Shown one piece after another: positions 49,255 to 60,198 of a DNA stretch of 64,000 bases. The DNA comes from an uncultured Actinomycetota bacterium (GTDB lineage Bacteria; Actinomycetota; Actinomycetes; Propionibacteriales; Nocardioidaceae). The stretch spans positions 362,627 to 426,626 of the forward strand of contig CAWHPY010000026.1 in assembly GCA_963831375.1 (NCBI GenBank). The letters are read 5' to 3'. The notes under the pieces are model-generated. The model was given only the letters and a program-made list of their open reading frames with translations. It searched no databases and was not told the DNA's origin. How positions within the stretch are numbered: position 1 is the stretch's first letter; each line of letters opens with the position of its first letter. Both the position numbers and the translations under genes were made by a program.

Positions 49255-49710
49255 ATGAGCAGACCTGAACGGCCGACCCGCGCCGACTACGTGGTGTGGC
49301 GCCGCGCCACGACGCGTTGGCACGACGACGACGCGTACGGCCACATGAACAATGCGACGTACTACGAGCTGTTCGACACCGCGGTCAACGCGCACCTGTT
49401 CGAGGCGACGGGCGTCAACGTCCGGAAGCTGCCCGCGATCGGAGTGGTCGCGGAGACGTCGTGTCGGTACTTCCGTGAGATCGGGTTTCCCGAGCCGGTC
49501 GACATGGGCATGGTCGTGGACCGGGTCGGCACTTCGTCGGTGATCTACCGGATCGGCCTGTTCCAGGGCGACGCGGACGAGGCGGCCGCTGAGGGACGGT
49601 TCGTGCACGTGTACGTCGACAACTCCGACGGCGCAGGCAACAGGCCGGTGCGCCCGCTCCCGGACGAGATCCGGGCCGTGGCGGAACGACTGCGCAAGCC
49701 CCCCGAGTAG
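49255..49710 (+). CDS. Hot-dog fold acyl-CoA thioesterase
   Basis: TRWHDDDAYGHMNNATYY, C.YF.EI.FP, GTSSVIY.IG, GRFVHVYVD. Confidence 0.9.
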   Translation: MSRPERPTRADYVVWRRATTRWHDDDAYGHMNNATYYELFDTAVNAHLFEATGVNVRKLPAIGVVAETSCRYFREIGFPEPVDMGMVVDRVGTSSVIYRIGLFQGDADEAAAEGRFVHVYVDNSDGAGNRPVRPLPDEIRAVAERLRKPPE

Positions 49711-49874
49711 ACCGGCCCGGGCCACCATCTCCGCGGGCGCCTGTTTGAGCTGCCTGGTTCTGGGGACATGACCCTCGTCACTTCGGTGACCATGTCACGT
49801 CCAGCGGAACGGGAGCGTCTCGTGATCGTGCAACCATGGACGCCGTACGCAGCTGTCTCGGGAAGTGGTGCTCA

Positions 49875-50057
49875 GTGATTCCGATCGTCCTTGCAATGCT
49901 CGTGATCATGGTGCTGGCTGGTGTGGTGGTCCTCTACGTGGCCTTCCCGCACCGCGGCGAGGAGATGCCGCACACCCCGTGGGTCGGCGACGCGATGAAA
50001 AAGGGCGTGAGCAAGCTGCCGACCCTCGACAACCAGCGTGAGCGTCAGGACTTCTGA
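49875..50057 (+). CDS. Small single-pass membrane hypothetical protein
   Basis: MIPIVLAMLVIMVLAGVVVLYVAFPHRGEEMP...; host-like codon usage. Confidence 0.75.
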   Translation: MIPIVLAMLVIMVLAGVVVLYVAFPHRGEEMPHTPWVGDAMKKGVSKLPTLDNQRERQDF

Positions 50058-50135
50058 GTCAGCGCCTGACCCCCGACTCGGCCGCCGCCCCCGTGGCCGG
50101 TCGACCGGTTGAACAGGTCTGGTTGGATGGTGCCC

Positions 50136-51311
50136 GTGGGTGACTATCTCTATCTGATCATTGCTGTAGCCGTAATCTTCCTCGCCGCTGTCGTCGGCCT
50201 GGTCACGACGAGGACGCGTGGGGTCAACAAGAAGGTCGACCGCGGTGCCGACACGGACGTCATCGCACCACCCGAGCCCGAGCCGCGCGTCGGCGAGGAT
50301 GCGGAGACGCCTCGGGACGCGCCGAAGCGCACCATCGAGGACACCGACCTCCCCGACGCTACGACCACACCCACCCTCGAACGGCCGGAGTCCGCGGCCG
50401 GTCGGCTGGTCCGTCTCCGTGAGCGGCTTTCGCGCTCACAGGGTGGTCTGGGCCGCGGCCTGCTCGCGTTGCTCTCCCGGGATCGCCTCGACGAGGACAC
50501 CTGGGAGGACATCGAGGACACCCTGCTCACCGCGGACATCGGCGTCGTGCCGACCCAGGAGCTGGTGGAGAGGCTGCGTAGCCGGCTCAGGGTCGAGGGT
50601 ACGGCGGCCGCTCCTGTGCGCGACGTGCTCCGAGAGGAGCTGCTCAACCTGGTGGACCCGACCATGGACCGCACCCTGAAGGTCGACCGCAAGAACGGTG
50701 TTCCGGGTATCGCCCTGGTCGTCGGGGTCAACGGCACCGGCAAGACCACCACCGTGGGCAAGCTCGCCCGTGTGCTCGTCGCCGAGGACAAGCAGGTCGT
50801 CCTCGGTGCCGCGGACACGTTCCGCGCCGCTGCCGCGGAACAGCTGACCACCTGGGGTGAGCGCGTCGGGGTGCCCGCCGTACGCGGCCCCGAGGGAAGC
50901 GACCCCGCCAGCGTCGCGTTCGAGGCCGTCAAGGCCGGCATCGAGCAGGAGGCTGACGTGGTGATCGTCGACACCGCCGGACGGCTGCAGAACAAGGCCG
51001 GCCTGATGGACGAGCTCGGCAAGGTCAAGCGGGTCGTCGAGAAGCAGGCCCCGGTGACCGAGGTGCTGCTCGTGCTCGACGCCACCACCGGTCAGAACGG
51101 AATGATCCAGGCCCGCGTGTTCAGCGAGGTCGTGGACGTGACCGGCATCGTGCTCACCAAGCTCGACGGCTCCGCCAAGGGCGGCATAGTCGTGGCGGTC
51201 CAGCGCGAGCTCGGCGTACCGGTGAAGCTGGTCGGGATCGGCGAGGGCGCCGACGACCTGGCCCCGTTCGACCCCGAGGCATTCGTCGACGCGCTGCTCG
51301 GCGACGGCTGA
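50136..51311 (+). CDS. ftsY: SRP receptor FtsY
   Basis: N-terminal TM helix; GVNGTGKTTT, AADTFRAAA, DTAGRL, DATTGQ, TKLDGSAKGG. Confidence 0.97.
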   Translation: MGDYLYLIIAVAVIFLAAVVGLVTTRTRGVNKKVDRGADTDVIAPPEPEPRVGEDAETPRDAPKRTIEDTDLPDATTTPTLERPESAAGRLVRLRERLSRSQGGLGRGLLALLSRDRLDEDTWEDIEDTLLTADIGVVPTQELVERLRSRLRVEGTAAAPVRDVLREELLNLVDPTMDRTLKVDRKNGVPGIALVVGVNGTGKTTTVGKLARVLVAEDKQVVLGAADTFRAAAAEQLTTWGERVGVPAVRGPEGSDPASVAFEAVKAGIEQEADVVIVDTAGRLQNKAGLMDELGKVKRVVEKQAPVTEVLLVLDATTGQNGMIQARVFSEVVDVTGIVLTKLDGSAKGGIVVAVQRELGVPVKLVGIGEGADDLAPFDPEAFVDALLGDG

Positions 51312-51399
51312 GCGAACCAGGCGGGTCTCAACCGCGAACCAGGCGGGTCTCAACGGCGAACGAGGCGGATCTGAACCGCGAACGAGGCGGATCTCAACG
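51312..51399. repeat. Four tandem 22-bp repeats (right-arm orientation)
   Basis: GCGAACCAGGCGGGTCTCAACC / GCGAACCAGGCGGGTCTCAACG / GCGAACGAGGCGGATCTGAACC / GCGAACGAGGCGGATCTCAACG, filling the gap between the ftsY and TetR stops. Confidence 0.93.
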
Positions 51400-51400
51400 G

Positions 51401-52015
51401 TCAAGCGAGGATGCCGCGCAGGGTGAACTCGACCAGCACCTCCAGGGCATCGCTCTGCGGCAGCGGGCGGTGGACGATCGCGCGGGCCCCGATCAGCCCG
51501 CCCAGCCACTGCACCACGACCGGGATGTCGATGTCGGCCCGGACCTCGCCGCGGGCGATCGCGCGCTCGTACATCAGCGCCGCCGTCTCCTCCGCGCGCT
51601 CGGTCGACGCCCGGTAGAGGGCGGCGATGCGCGGGTCCCGGATGGACTCGGCCATGGACATCCGGAAGTAGGCCTCGCCCTCGGGGGAGTTCACGAAGTT
51701 GAGCACGTTCCGGAAGTTCTCGGTCAGGTCACCGCGGATCGACCCGGTGTCGGGGTCGGGCAGCTCCACCGAGTAGATCTCCTTCATCGCGGCGACGGCC
51801 AGGTCCTCCTTCGACGGCCAGCGCCGGTAGACCGTCGCCTTGCCGACCCCGGCCTTGGCCGCCACGTGGTCGACGGTCATCTTGTCGAAGCCACGATGCA
51901 GCATCAGCTCCGCGGCGGCCGACTTGATCCGTTGGTCCGTCTCCGGGTTGCGGGGACGTCCGCGCCCCCGTCGTACGGGAGTGTCCTCGGATGGCGTGGT
52001 GCCGGAATTCGTCAT
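51401..52015 (-). CDS. TetR/AcrR-family transcriptional regulator
   Basis: RGRPRNP, GFDKMTVDHVAAKAGVGKATVYRRWPSKEDL; TATCGT hexamer 7 nt before ATG. Confidence 0.93.
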   Translation of the reverse strand: MTNSGTTPSEDTPVRRGRGRPRNPETDQRIKSAAAELMLHRGFDKMTVDHVAAKAGVGKATVYRRWPSKEDLAVAAMKEIYSVELPDPDTGSIRGDLTENFRNVLNFVNSPEGEAYFRMSMAESIRDPRIAALYRASTERAEETAALMYERAIARGEVRADIDIPVVVQWLGGLIGARAIVHRPLPQSDALEVLVEFTLRGILA

Positions 52016-52072
52016 GACAGTAACGATACGCAGAGTTCCGATACCTATGCACGCAGTGCGTACGGAAAATCG

Positions 52073-52119
52073 TTCACGAACTCGTAACACTGCGCGGCAA
52101 CTCGTCACCGGAGCGCAAC
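52073..52119 (+). promoter_or_regulatory. Candidate GlnR boxes upstream of amt-glnK-glnD
   Basis: TTCAC-N6-GTAAC (52073-52088) and GTCAC-N6-GCAAC (52104-52119) resemble the GTnAC-N6-GAAAC GlnR motif; GlnR control of this operon is established in Streptomyces. Confidence 0.6.
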
Positions 52120-52234
52120 ACAGCGTGCCGCAGCGCGAAATCTGTGCGCCGCAGGGTTAGCCCAGCGGATGGGTCGGGCCCGACAGCGCGGTCGAGTGCG
52201 ACGCCACCCTTCTGATACCGATTCTGGAGGTTTC

Positions 52235-53949
<1,715 letters not shown>

Positions 53950-53956
53950 CCAGCCG

Positions 53957-56215
53957 GTGACCGCCAGTCAGCGACAACGACGCGCGGACGCCGCCGATGC
54001 CCTGTGCTCGGCGGCGTTCGCGCACGCCGTGCCCGATCCCGACACCAGGGGCATCGCGCTGGTCGCGGTCGGCGGGTACGGACGCCGGGAGCTCGCGCCG
54101 CACAGCGACCTGGACGTGGTGCTCGTCCACGAGGACGACGTGGACGTCTCCGAGGCCGCCGGACGGGTCTGGTACCCGCTCTGGGACGCCGGTGCCGACA
54201 TCGACCACTCGGTGCGGGCGCTGTCCGAGGTGACCGCGGCGGCCAAGCAGGACGTCCGGGTGGCGCTCGGGCTGCTCGACGCCCGGCACCTGTCCGGCGA
54301 CCCGTCACTGACCCTTCGGCTGCGTACCGGTCTGCTCGCCGGGTGGCGCCGTGACGCGCGGGACCGGCTCCCGGCACTGCGCGACCTGGTGTCACAGCGT
54401 GCGGACCGGGTCGGCGAGCTCGCGCACGCATCGGTCCCGGACCTCAAGGAGTCGACCGGGGGGCTGCGCGACGCCACCGTGCTCACCGCGCTCGTCGCCA
54501 CCTGGCTGGTCGACGTCCCGCACACGGACCTCGAGCGGTCTCGTCGGCAGCTCCTCGACGTGCGCGACACCCTGCACGAGGTGGCCGGCCGTTCCACGGA
54601 CCGGGTGGCGCCCGAGCTCTGGGACGATCTCGCGGCCGGGCTCGGCCTTCCGGACGGCCCCGCCGCGCAGCGGCACGTGCGCGAGGTCGGCCGTCGGATC
54701 ACGCACATCTCACGGCTCACCTGGCGGCGGGTCGACTCCGTCCTCGCCCGGCCCACCGCACCAGGCGCGCTCCGGACCCCCGCGCTGGACCACATCGCGC
54801 CGGGGCTCGCGGTCTCCTCCGGCGAGGTGGTCCTGGACCGTCGCGCCCACCCGGCCGGAGACCCGCTGCTGCTGCTCCGGGCGGCAGCCGAGGCCGCCGA
54901 ACGGGACCTGATCCTGGCCCCGGCGACGGCAGCCCGGCTCTCCCGGGAGTGCCCGGACGTACCCGACCCCTGGGACGGGGACGCGCGCAACCTGCTGGTA
55001 CGGCTGCTTGCCGCAGGCCCGGGGCTGCTCGCGGTCTGGGAGACCCTCGACGAGACCGGTGCGTTGAGCCGGCTGCTGCCGGAGTGGGAACGGGTCCGGC
55101 TGCTCCCGCACGCCTCCTCGGTGCACCGGTTCACCGTCGACCGACACCTGGTCGAGACCTGCATCGAGGCCTCCCGGCTGATCAGGCGGGTCGCCCGCCC
55201 GGACGTCCTGATGGTGGCCGCGCTCCTGCACGACATCGGCAAGGGCGGCGTCCAGGACCACAGCGTCGCCGGGGAGCCGGTCGCGGCCACGGTCGCGCGA
55301 CGGCTCGGGTTCACTGACCGTGAGCAAGCACTGGTCTCCGGGCTGGTGCGCCGGCACCTGCTCCTTGCCGAGATGGCCACCACCCGGGACCTCGAGGACC
55401 CGGCGACCGTCGAGCAGGTCGCCGCGCTCGTGGACGACCCGGAGATGCTCGACCTGCTCACAGTGCTCACCGAGGCGGACGCCCGGGCCACCGCCCCGAA
55501 GGCGTGGAGCAGCTGGCGGGCCGGTCTCGTGGGGCAGCTCGTGCAACGGGTGCGCGCTCACATGTCCGGGCGCGGCGCCCACCGGGAGGACATTGGCCCG
55601 AACCCCTCGCTGGACGAGACCGAGATCCCGTCACGGGTGCGTGCGGACAGCACGCTGGTCGACGTACGCCTGGAGCCGTGGGCCGGCGGTGGCCGGGTCA
55701 CGGTCACAGCCGGGGACCGGGTCGGTCTGCTCGCTGCAGTCGCCTCCGCGCTCGCCGTACAACGGGTCTCGGTCCGGTCGGCGCGAGCGTGGGCGCAGGG
55801 GGAGTACGCAGTGTCGGTCTGGGACGTCGACGACATGCACCTGGACGCGGCGGTGCTCCGGCAGCGGCTCGAGGGCGTGCTGGCCGGGCGGCTGAACCAG
55901 GCAGCGGCCGTGCCCGCACGGGGAGCGAGGCCGCTGGAGCCTTCGGTGGCCGTGCGGCACGAGGCCTCGCGGGAGGCGACCGTGCTGGAGGTTCGTATGG
56001 ACGACCGGACCGGGGTGGTGCACCTGATCTGCGCCGCGCTGGCGGCGCTGGACCTGTCGGTCCGGTCCGCGCACGTCACCACGGTGGGTCCGCAGGCGGT
56101 GGACGTGTTCTACGTGCAGGAGACCGGCGCGGGCGCGCTGAGTGACGAGCGGGCGGCCGCGGCGGCGCACGCTGTACGACGGGCGCTGGGGGACCCGGTT
56201 ACCCTTGACGCCTGA
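53957..56215 (+). CDS. glnD: PII nucleotidyltransferase
   Basis: AVGGYGR.ELAPHSDLD, DLKE..GGLRD, HRFTVDRH, LLHDIGK (HD), two C-terminal ACT domains. Confidence 0.95.
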   Translation: MTASQRQRRADAADALCSAAFAHAVPDPDTRGIALVAVGGYGRRELAPHSDLDVVLVHEDDVDVSEAAGRVWYPLWDAGADIDHSVRALSEVTAAAKQDVRVALGLLDARHLSGDPSLTLRLRTGLLAGWRRDARDRLPALRDLVSQRADRVGELAHASVPDLKESTGGLRDATVLTALVATWLVDVPHTDLERSRRQLLDVRDTLHEVAGRSTDRVAPELWDDLAAGLGLPDGPAAQRHVREVGRRITHISRLTWRRVDSVLARPTAPGALRTPALDHIAPGLAVSSGEVVLDRRAHPAGDPLLLLRAAAEAAERDLILAPATAARLSRECPDVPDPWDGDARNLLVRLLAAGPGLLAVWETLDETGALSRLLPEWERVRLLPHASSVHRFTVDRHLVETCIEASRLIRRVARPDVLMVAALLHDIGKGGVQDHSVAGEPVAATVARRLGFTDREQALVSGLVRRHLLLAEMATTRDLEDPATVEQVAALVDDPEMLDLLTVLTEADARATAPKAWSSWRAGLVGQLVQRVRAHMSGRGAHREDIGPNPSLDETEIPSRVRADSTLVDVRLEPWAGGGRVTVTAGDRVGLLAAVASALAVQRVSVRSARAWAQGEYAVSVWDVDDMHLDAAVLRQRLEGVLAGRLNQAAAVPARGARPLEPSVAVRHEASREATVLEVRMDDRTGVVHLICAALAALDLSVRSAHVTTVGPQAVDVFYVQETGAGALSDERAAAAAHAVRRALGDPVTLDA

Positions 56216-56280
56216 ACGCCTCGCGGGCCGACCTGCCGTGAGGGCTGACGAAGCGCCATTGATACGAGGACTGACCACCA

Positions 56281-57852
56281 TTGTTTGCGACTCTTTCTGA
56301 CCGCCTTGCCGACACCTTCAAGAACCTTCGCGGCAAGGGCCGGCTGTCGGAAGCCGACATCGACGCGACCGCCCGGGAGATCCGGATCGCGCTGCTCGAG
56401 GCCGACGTCGCGCTGCCCGTCGTCAAGCAGTTCGTCGGCGCCGTCAAGGAGCGGGCCCGCGGCGAGGAGGTCAGCGGGGCGCTGAACCCCGCCCAGCAGA
56501 TCATCAAGATCGTCAACGACGAGCTCGTCACGATCCTCGGCGGCGAGACCCGCCGGCTGCGGTTCGCCAAGAACCCGCCGACCGTGATCATGCTCGCCGG
56601 CCTGCAGGGTGCCGGTAAGACCACGCTCGCCGCGAAGCTAGCCCTGTGGCTCAAGGAGCAGGGCAACAGCCCGCTGCTCGTCGCCGCCGACCTCCAACGC
56701 CCGAACGCGGTCAACCAGCTGCAGGTCAACGGTGACCGCGCCGGCGTGAAGGTGTTCGCGCCCGAACCGGGCAACGGCGTGGGTGACCCGGTCGCGGTCG
56801 CCCGCGGTGGTGTCGAGGAGGCCAGACGGACCCTGCACGACGTGGTGATCGTGGACACCGCCGGACGGCTCGGTGTCGACGAGGAGATGATGCGGCAGGC
56901 CGCGAACATCCGCGACGCGGTGCAGCCGGACGAGGTCCTGTTCGTCGTCGACGCGATGATCGGCCAGGACGCGGTGAACACCGCACAGGCCTTCCTCGAC
57001 GGGGTCGGGTACGACGGCGTCGTACTCACCAAGCTCGACGGCGACGCCCGTGGTGGTGCCGCGCTGTCGATCGCCTCGATCACCGGCAAGCCAGTGATGT
57101 TCGCCTCCGCGGGCGAGAAGCTCACCGACTTCGACCTGTTCCACCCGGACCGGATGGCCTCGCGCATCCTCGACATGGGCGACATGCTCACGCTGATCGA
57201 GCAGGCCGAGAAGTCCTTCGACCAGGACCAGGCCGCCAAGGCTGCAGCCAAGCTCACCGGCAAGGGCGGCGACTTCACCCTCGACGACTTCCTCGAGCAG
57301 ATGCAGGCCATCCGCAAGATGGGCTCGCTGTCGAAGATCATGGGGATGCTGCCTGGCATGGGCCAGTTCCGGGACCAGCTCGAGAACTTCGACGAGCGCG
57401 AGATCGACCGGATCCAGGCCATCATCCAGTCGATGACACCGGCCGAGCGGGGCAACCCGAAGCTGATCGACGGCTCGCGACGCGTCCGCATCTCGAAGGG
57501 CTCCGGCACCCAGGTCTCCGACGTGAACACGCTCGTGGACCGGTTCTTCGAGGCCCGCAAGATGATGATGTCGATGGCCAAGGGCGGTGGCATGCCCGGG
57601 ATGCCAGGGATGCCAGGGATGCCCGGCATGGGGGCGGGCAAGCGGTCGAAGGCGAAGCAGGCACCGAAGAAGGGCAAGGCCAAGCGCGGATCCGGCAACC
57701 CGGCCAAGCGTGCCCAGGAGGAGAAGGCAGCCGCTCAGAAGGGTTCCGGAAACGGGGCCAACCCCTTCGGCGCCCCGGCCGCGGCCGAGCAGATGGACCC
57801 CGAGGACTTCCAGCTCCCCAAGGAGTTCTCGAAGTACCTGCCGAAGCAGTAG
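56281..57852 (+). CDS. ffh: Signal recognition particle protein
   Basis: GLQGAGKTT, DLQRP.A, DTAGR, TKLDGDARGGAA, RMASRIL, M-domain with MPG repeats. Confidence 0.98.
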   Translation: MFATLSDRLADTFKNLRGKGRLSEADIDATAREIRIALLEADVALPVVKQFVGAVKERARGEEVSGALNPAQQIIKIVNDELVTILGGETRRLRFAKNPPTVIMLAGLQGAGKTTLAAKLALWLKEQGNSPLLVAADLQRPNAVNQLQVNGDRAGVKVFAPEPGNGVGDPVAVARGGVEEARRTLHDVVIVDTAGRLGVDEEMMRQAANIRDAVQPDEVLFVVDAMIGQDAVNTAQAFLDGVGYDGVVLTKLDGDARGGAALSIASITGKPVMFASAGEKLTDFDLFHPDRMASRILDMGDMLTLIEQAEKSFDQDQAAKAAAKLTGKGGDFTLDDFLEQMQAIRKMGSLSKIMGMLPGMGQFRDQLENFDEREIDRIQAIIQSMTPAERGNPKLIDGSRRVRISKGSGTQVSDVNTLVDRFFEARKMMMSMAKGGGMPGMPGMPGMPGMGAGKRSKAKQAPKKGKAKRGSGNPAKRAQEEKAAAQKGSGNGANPFGAPAAAEQMDPEDFQLPKEFSKYLPKQ

Positions 57853-57967
57853 CCCCAACTGCAGGGGACCTAGGTCCAGCTGGTTCGGGCCGTTCGGCAG
57901 GCGCGCACGGGCGCAGTCCGCGGCAGCCTCGAGGGTGTCTTGTTCCGCGCACCCACCAGGGGGACCC

Positions 57968-59046
57968 GTGTCCGCTCTCCGTCGTCGACCCGCTGCGTCC
58001 CTGGCGCTGCCGATCCTGCTCCTCGCCGCGGCCTGCGGCAACGCGGAGGGCTCCACGAACCCCACGACACCGCAAGGATCCGTGTGGGTGGCCAACGAGG
58101 GCGACGACTCGATCACGATCCTCGACCCAGGACCGGTGAGGTCCTCGCCACCCTGGTCGGCATCTCCACCCCGCACAACATCCAGGCGACCTCGAACGGG
58201 CAGGCCGTGCTCGCGACGTCGGGCGCGGGAGCAGTGGTGCGGATCGACGCCGACGACCTGACCGTGGCCGGCTTCGCGCGGACCGGCAAGCATCCGGCGC
58301 ATGTGGTGGACGACCTGCACGGGAACGTGTACGTGAGCACCTCCGTGGACCGCCGCGTCACCAGGTACACCGCGGACCTGCACCTGGACACGACCGTCGA
58401 GCTGGTGGGGGCGCCGCACGGGGTCAGGCTCGACGTGACGGGTCGCACAGCCGCGGTCGCCAACAGCGCGGGTGGGAGCCTGGACGTCGTCGACACCACC
58501 ACCGCCACGGTGACCAGGAGGGTTCGGGTGGGCTCGTCGCCGGTGCAGGTGGCGATCACCCCGGACGCATCCCGCGCCTTCGTCTCCGTGGCCGGACCCC
58601 GCGAGGTGGTCAGCGTCGACCTCGGCACCGGCACGGTCACCGGACGGCTCACGATGCCGGCCGCGCCTGCCCAGATCCTGCTCGTCGACGACCGGCTGTT
58701 CGTGGCCAACCAGGGCTCCGTCGAGGAACCCGGTGACAGCGTCTCGATCATCGACATCGACGACTTCAGCGTGGTCGGCGAGGTGCCCACCGGCTCCGGA
58801 CCCCATGGCCTGACCAGCGACGAGCTGGGCAGCAAGGTGTGGGTCACCAACTCCTACGACGACACGGTCACCGCGATCGACGTACGGTCACGTCGGGCCC
58901 TGTACACGGTCGACGTCGGAGCGAACCCGAACGGGATCTCGCTCTCACCCACCTCGGCACGCCACGCCGACCGCGGGCCGATGCCGTTGCAGCTGCCGCA
59001 CGCGATCGCGCACCCCGAGGTCGAGACCCACAGCCACAGCCACTGA
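57968..59046 (+). CDS. YVTN/YncE-type beta-propeller lipoprotein with His-rich C-terminus, frameshifted in this sequence
   Basis: GTG start, lipobox LAAAC, VWVANEGDDSITILDP; one C missing at 58126-58128; repeats G.HPAH, GAPHG, GSSPVQ, GSGPHG, GANPNG; tail HAIAHPEVETHSHSH. Confidence 0.8.
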
Positions 59047-59072
59047 GCGGATCCGCGGTAGCGTGCGGAGGC

Positions 59073-60143
59073 ATGAGCGCACTGAAGTTCTGCGGCGTCG
59101 TGCTTCCCGAGGGGGAGAGCAGGGACCTGTACGTCGTCGACGGCAAGGTCACCTACGAACCAGTCGCCTCCGCCGACCTGGTCGCCGAGGGGTGGATCGT
59201 CCCAGGTCTCGTGGACGCGCACTGCCATGTGGGGCTCGACGAGAACGGCGCGGTTCCCGTGGAGACGCAGGAGCGGCAGGCGCTCACCGACCGTGACGCC
59301 GGCGCGCTGCTGCTGCGTGACTGCGGGTCGGCCGCTGACACCTCCTGGATCCACGACCGCGAGGACCTGCCGCGCCTGATCCGGGCCGGCCGGCACCTGG
59401 CGCGGACCCGGCGCTACATCCGCAACTACGCCCATGAGATCGAGCCGGAGGACCTGGCCACCTACGTCGCCAAGGAGGCCGAGCGGGGGGACGGCTGGGT
59501 GAAGCTGGTCGGTGACTGGATCGAGCGGGACGCCGGCGACCTGACTCCGTCGTGGACCAGGGAGTCCCTCGACGAGGCGATGAAGGCCGCGCACGACCGG
59601 GGCGCACGGGTCACCGCCCACGTGTTCGGCGAGCACGCGCTCCCGGACCTGATCGGCTCAGGCATCGACTGCATCGAGCACGGCACCGGCCTGTCCACCG
59701 ACCTGATCGACACCATGGTCGCCAACGAGGTCGCGCTGGTACCGACCGCCAAGCAGCTGAACAACTTCCCGAGCTACGCCGCTGTAGGCGGTGCGAAGTT
59801 CCCGAAGTACGCCGAGCACATGATGGCCCTGTTCGAGCGGCGCCGGGAGACGATCCGCGCGGCGTACGACGCAGGCGTGGCGATCTACGCCGGGACCGAC
59901 GCCGGAGGGGTGCTGCCGCACGGACTGATCGGTGACGAGGTCATCGAGCTCGCGTCCTACGGGTTGACCCCGCAGGACGCACTCGGTGCCGCCTCGTGGC
60001 GTGCCCGCGAGTGGCTCGGCCTCGACGGGACGCTCGCCGAGGGCACGCCCGCGGACTTCGTGGTCTTCGACACCAACCCACTCGAGGACCTCGGCGTCCT
60101 CAAGGACCCGAAACGCATCGTGCTACGCGGCCGGGTGGTCTGA
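59073..60143 (+). CDS. Amidohydrolase-family metallohydrolase
   Basis: PGLVDAHCH, WVKLVGDW, VTAH, IEHG, GTDAGG, ADFVV; usual position after ffh. Confidence 0.92.
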   Translation: MSALKFCGVVLPEGESRDLYVVDGKVTYEPVASADLVAEGWIVPGLVDAHCHVGLDENGAVPVETQERQALTDRDAGALLLRDCGSAADTSWIHDREDLPRLIRAGRHLARTRRYIRNYAHEIEPEDLATYVAKEAERGDGWVKLVGDWIERDAGDLTPSWTRESLDEAMKAAHDRGARVTAHVFGEHALPDLIGSGIDCIEHGTGLSTDLIDTMVANEVALVPTAKQLNNFPSYAAVGGAKFPKYAEHMMALFERRRETIRAAYDAGVAIYAGTDAGGVLPHGLIGDEVIELASYGLTPQDALGAASWRAREWLGLDGTLAEGTPADFVVFDTNPLEDLGVLKDPKRIVLRGRVV

Positions 60144-60198
60144 GCAGCGCGATGTAGCAGAATGGCGAGAACCCAGCTGTGCGTGGGGGAGGCGGAGT

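Noticed and set aside
51312-51399. 22-bp repeats as a CRISPR array
   Set aside because: Units abut directly with no unique spacers, are degenerate, occur in inverted arms, and no cas genes are present.
53968-55491. Long antisense and alternative-frame ORFs here and throughout (for example 11094-13133, 15276-17456, 35662-37920, 45389-47326, 56638-58806)
   Set aside because: Shadow ORFs of real genes in high-GC DNA; Arg/Pro/Gly-rich or antisense-typical composition with no recognisable motifs.
57853-57880. CsoR-type copper operator before the YncE-like gene
   Set aside because: CCCC-N7-GGGG lacks the A/T-rich flanks typical of such operators; more likely a weak hairpin after ffh.
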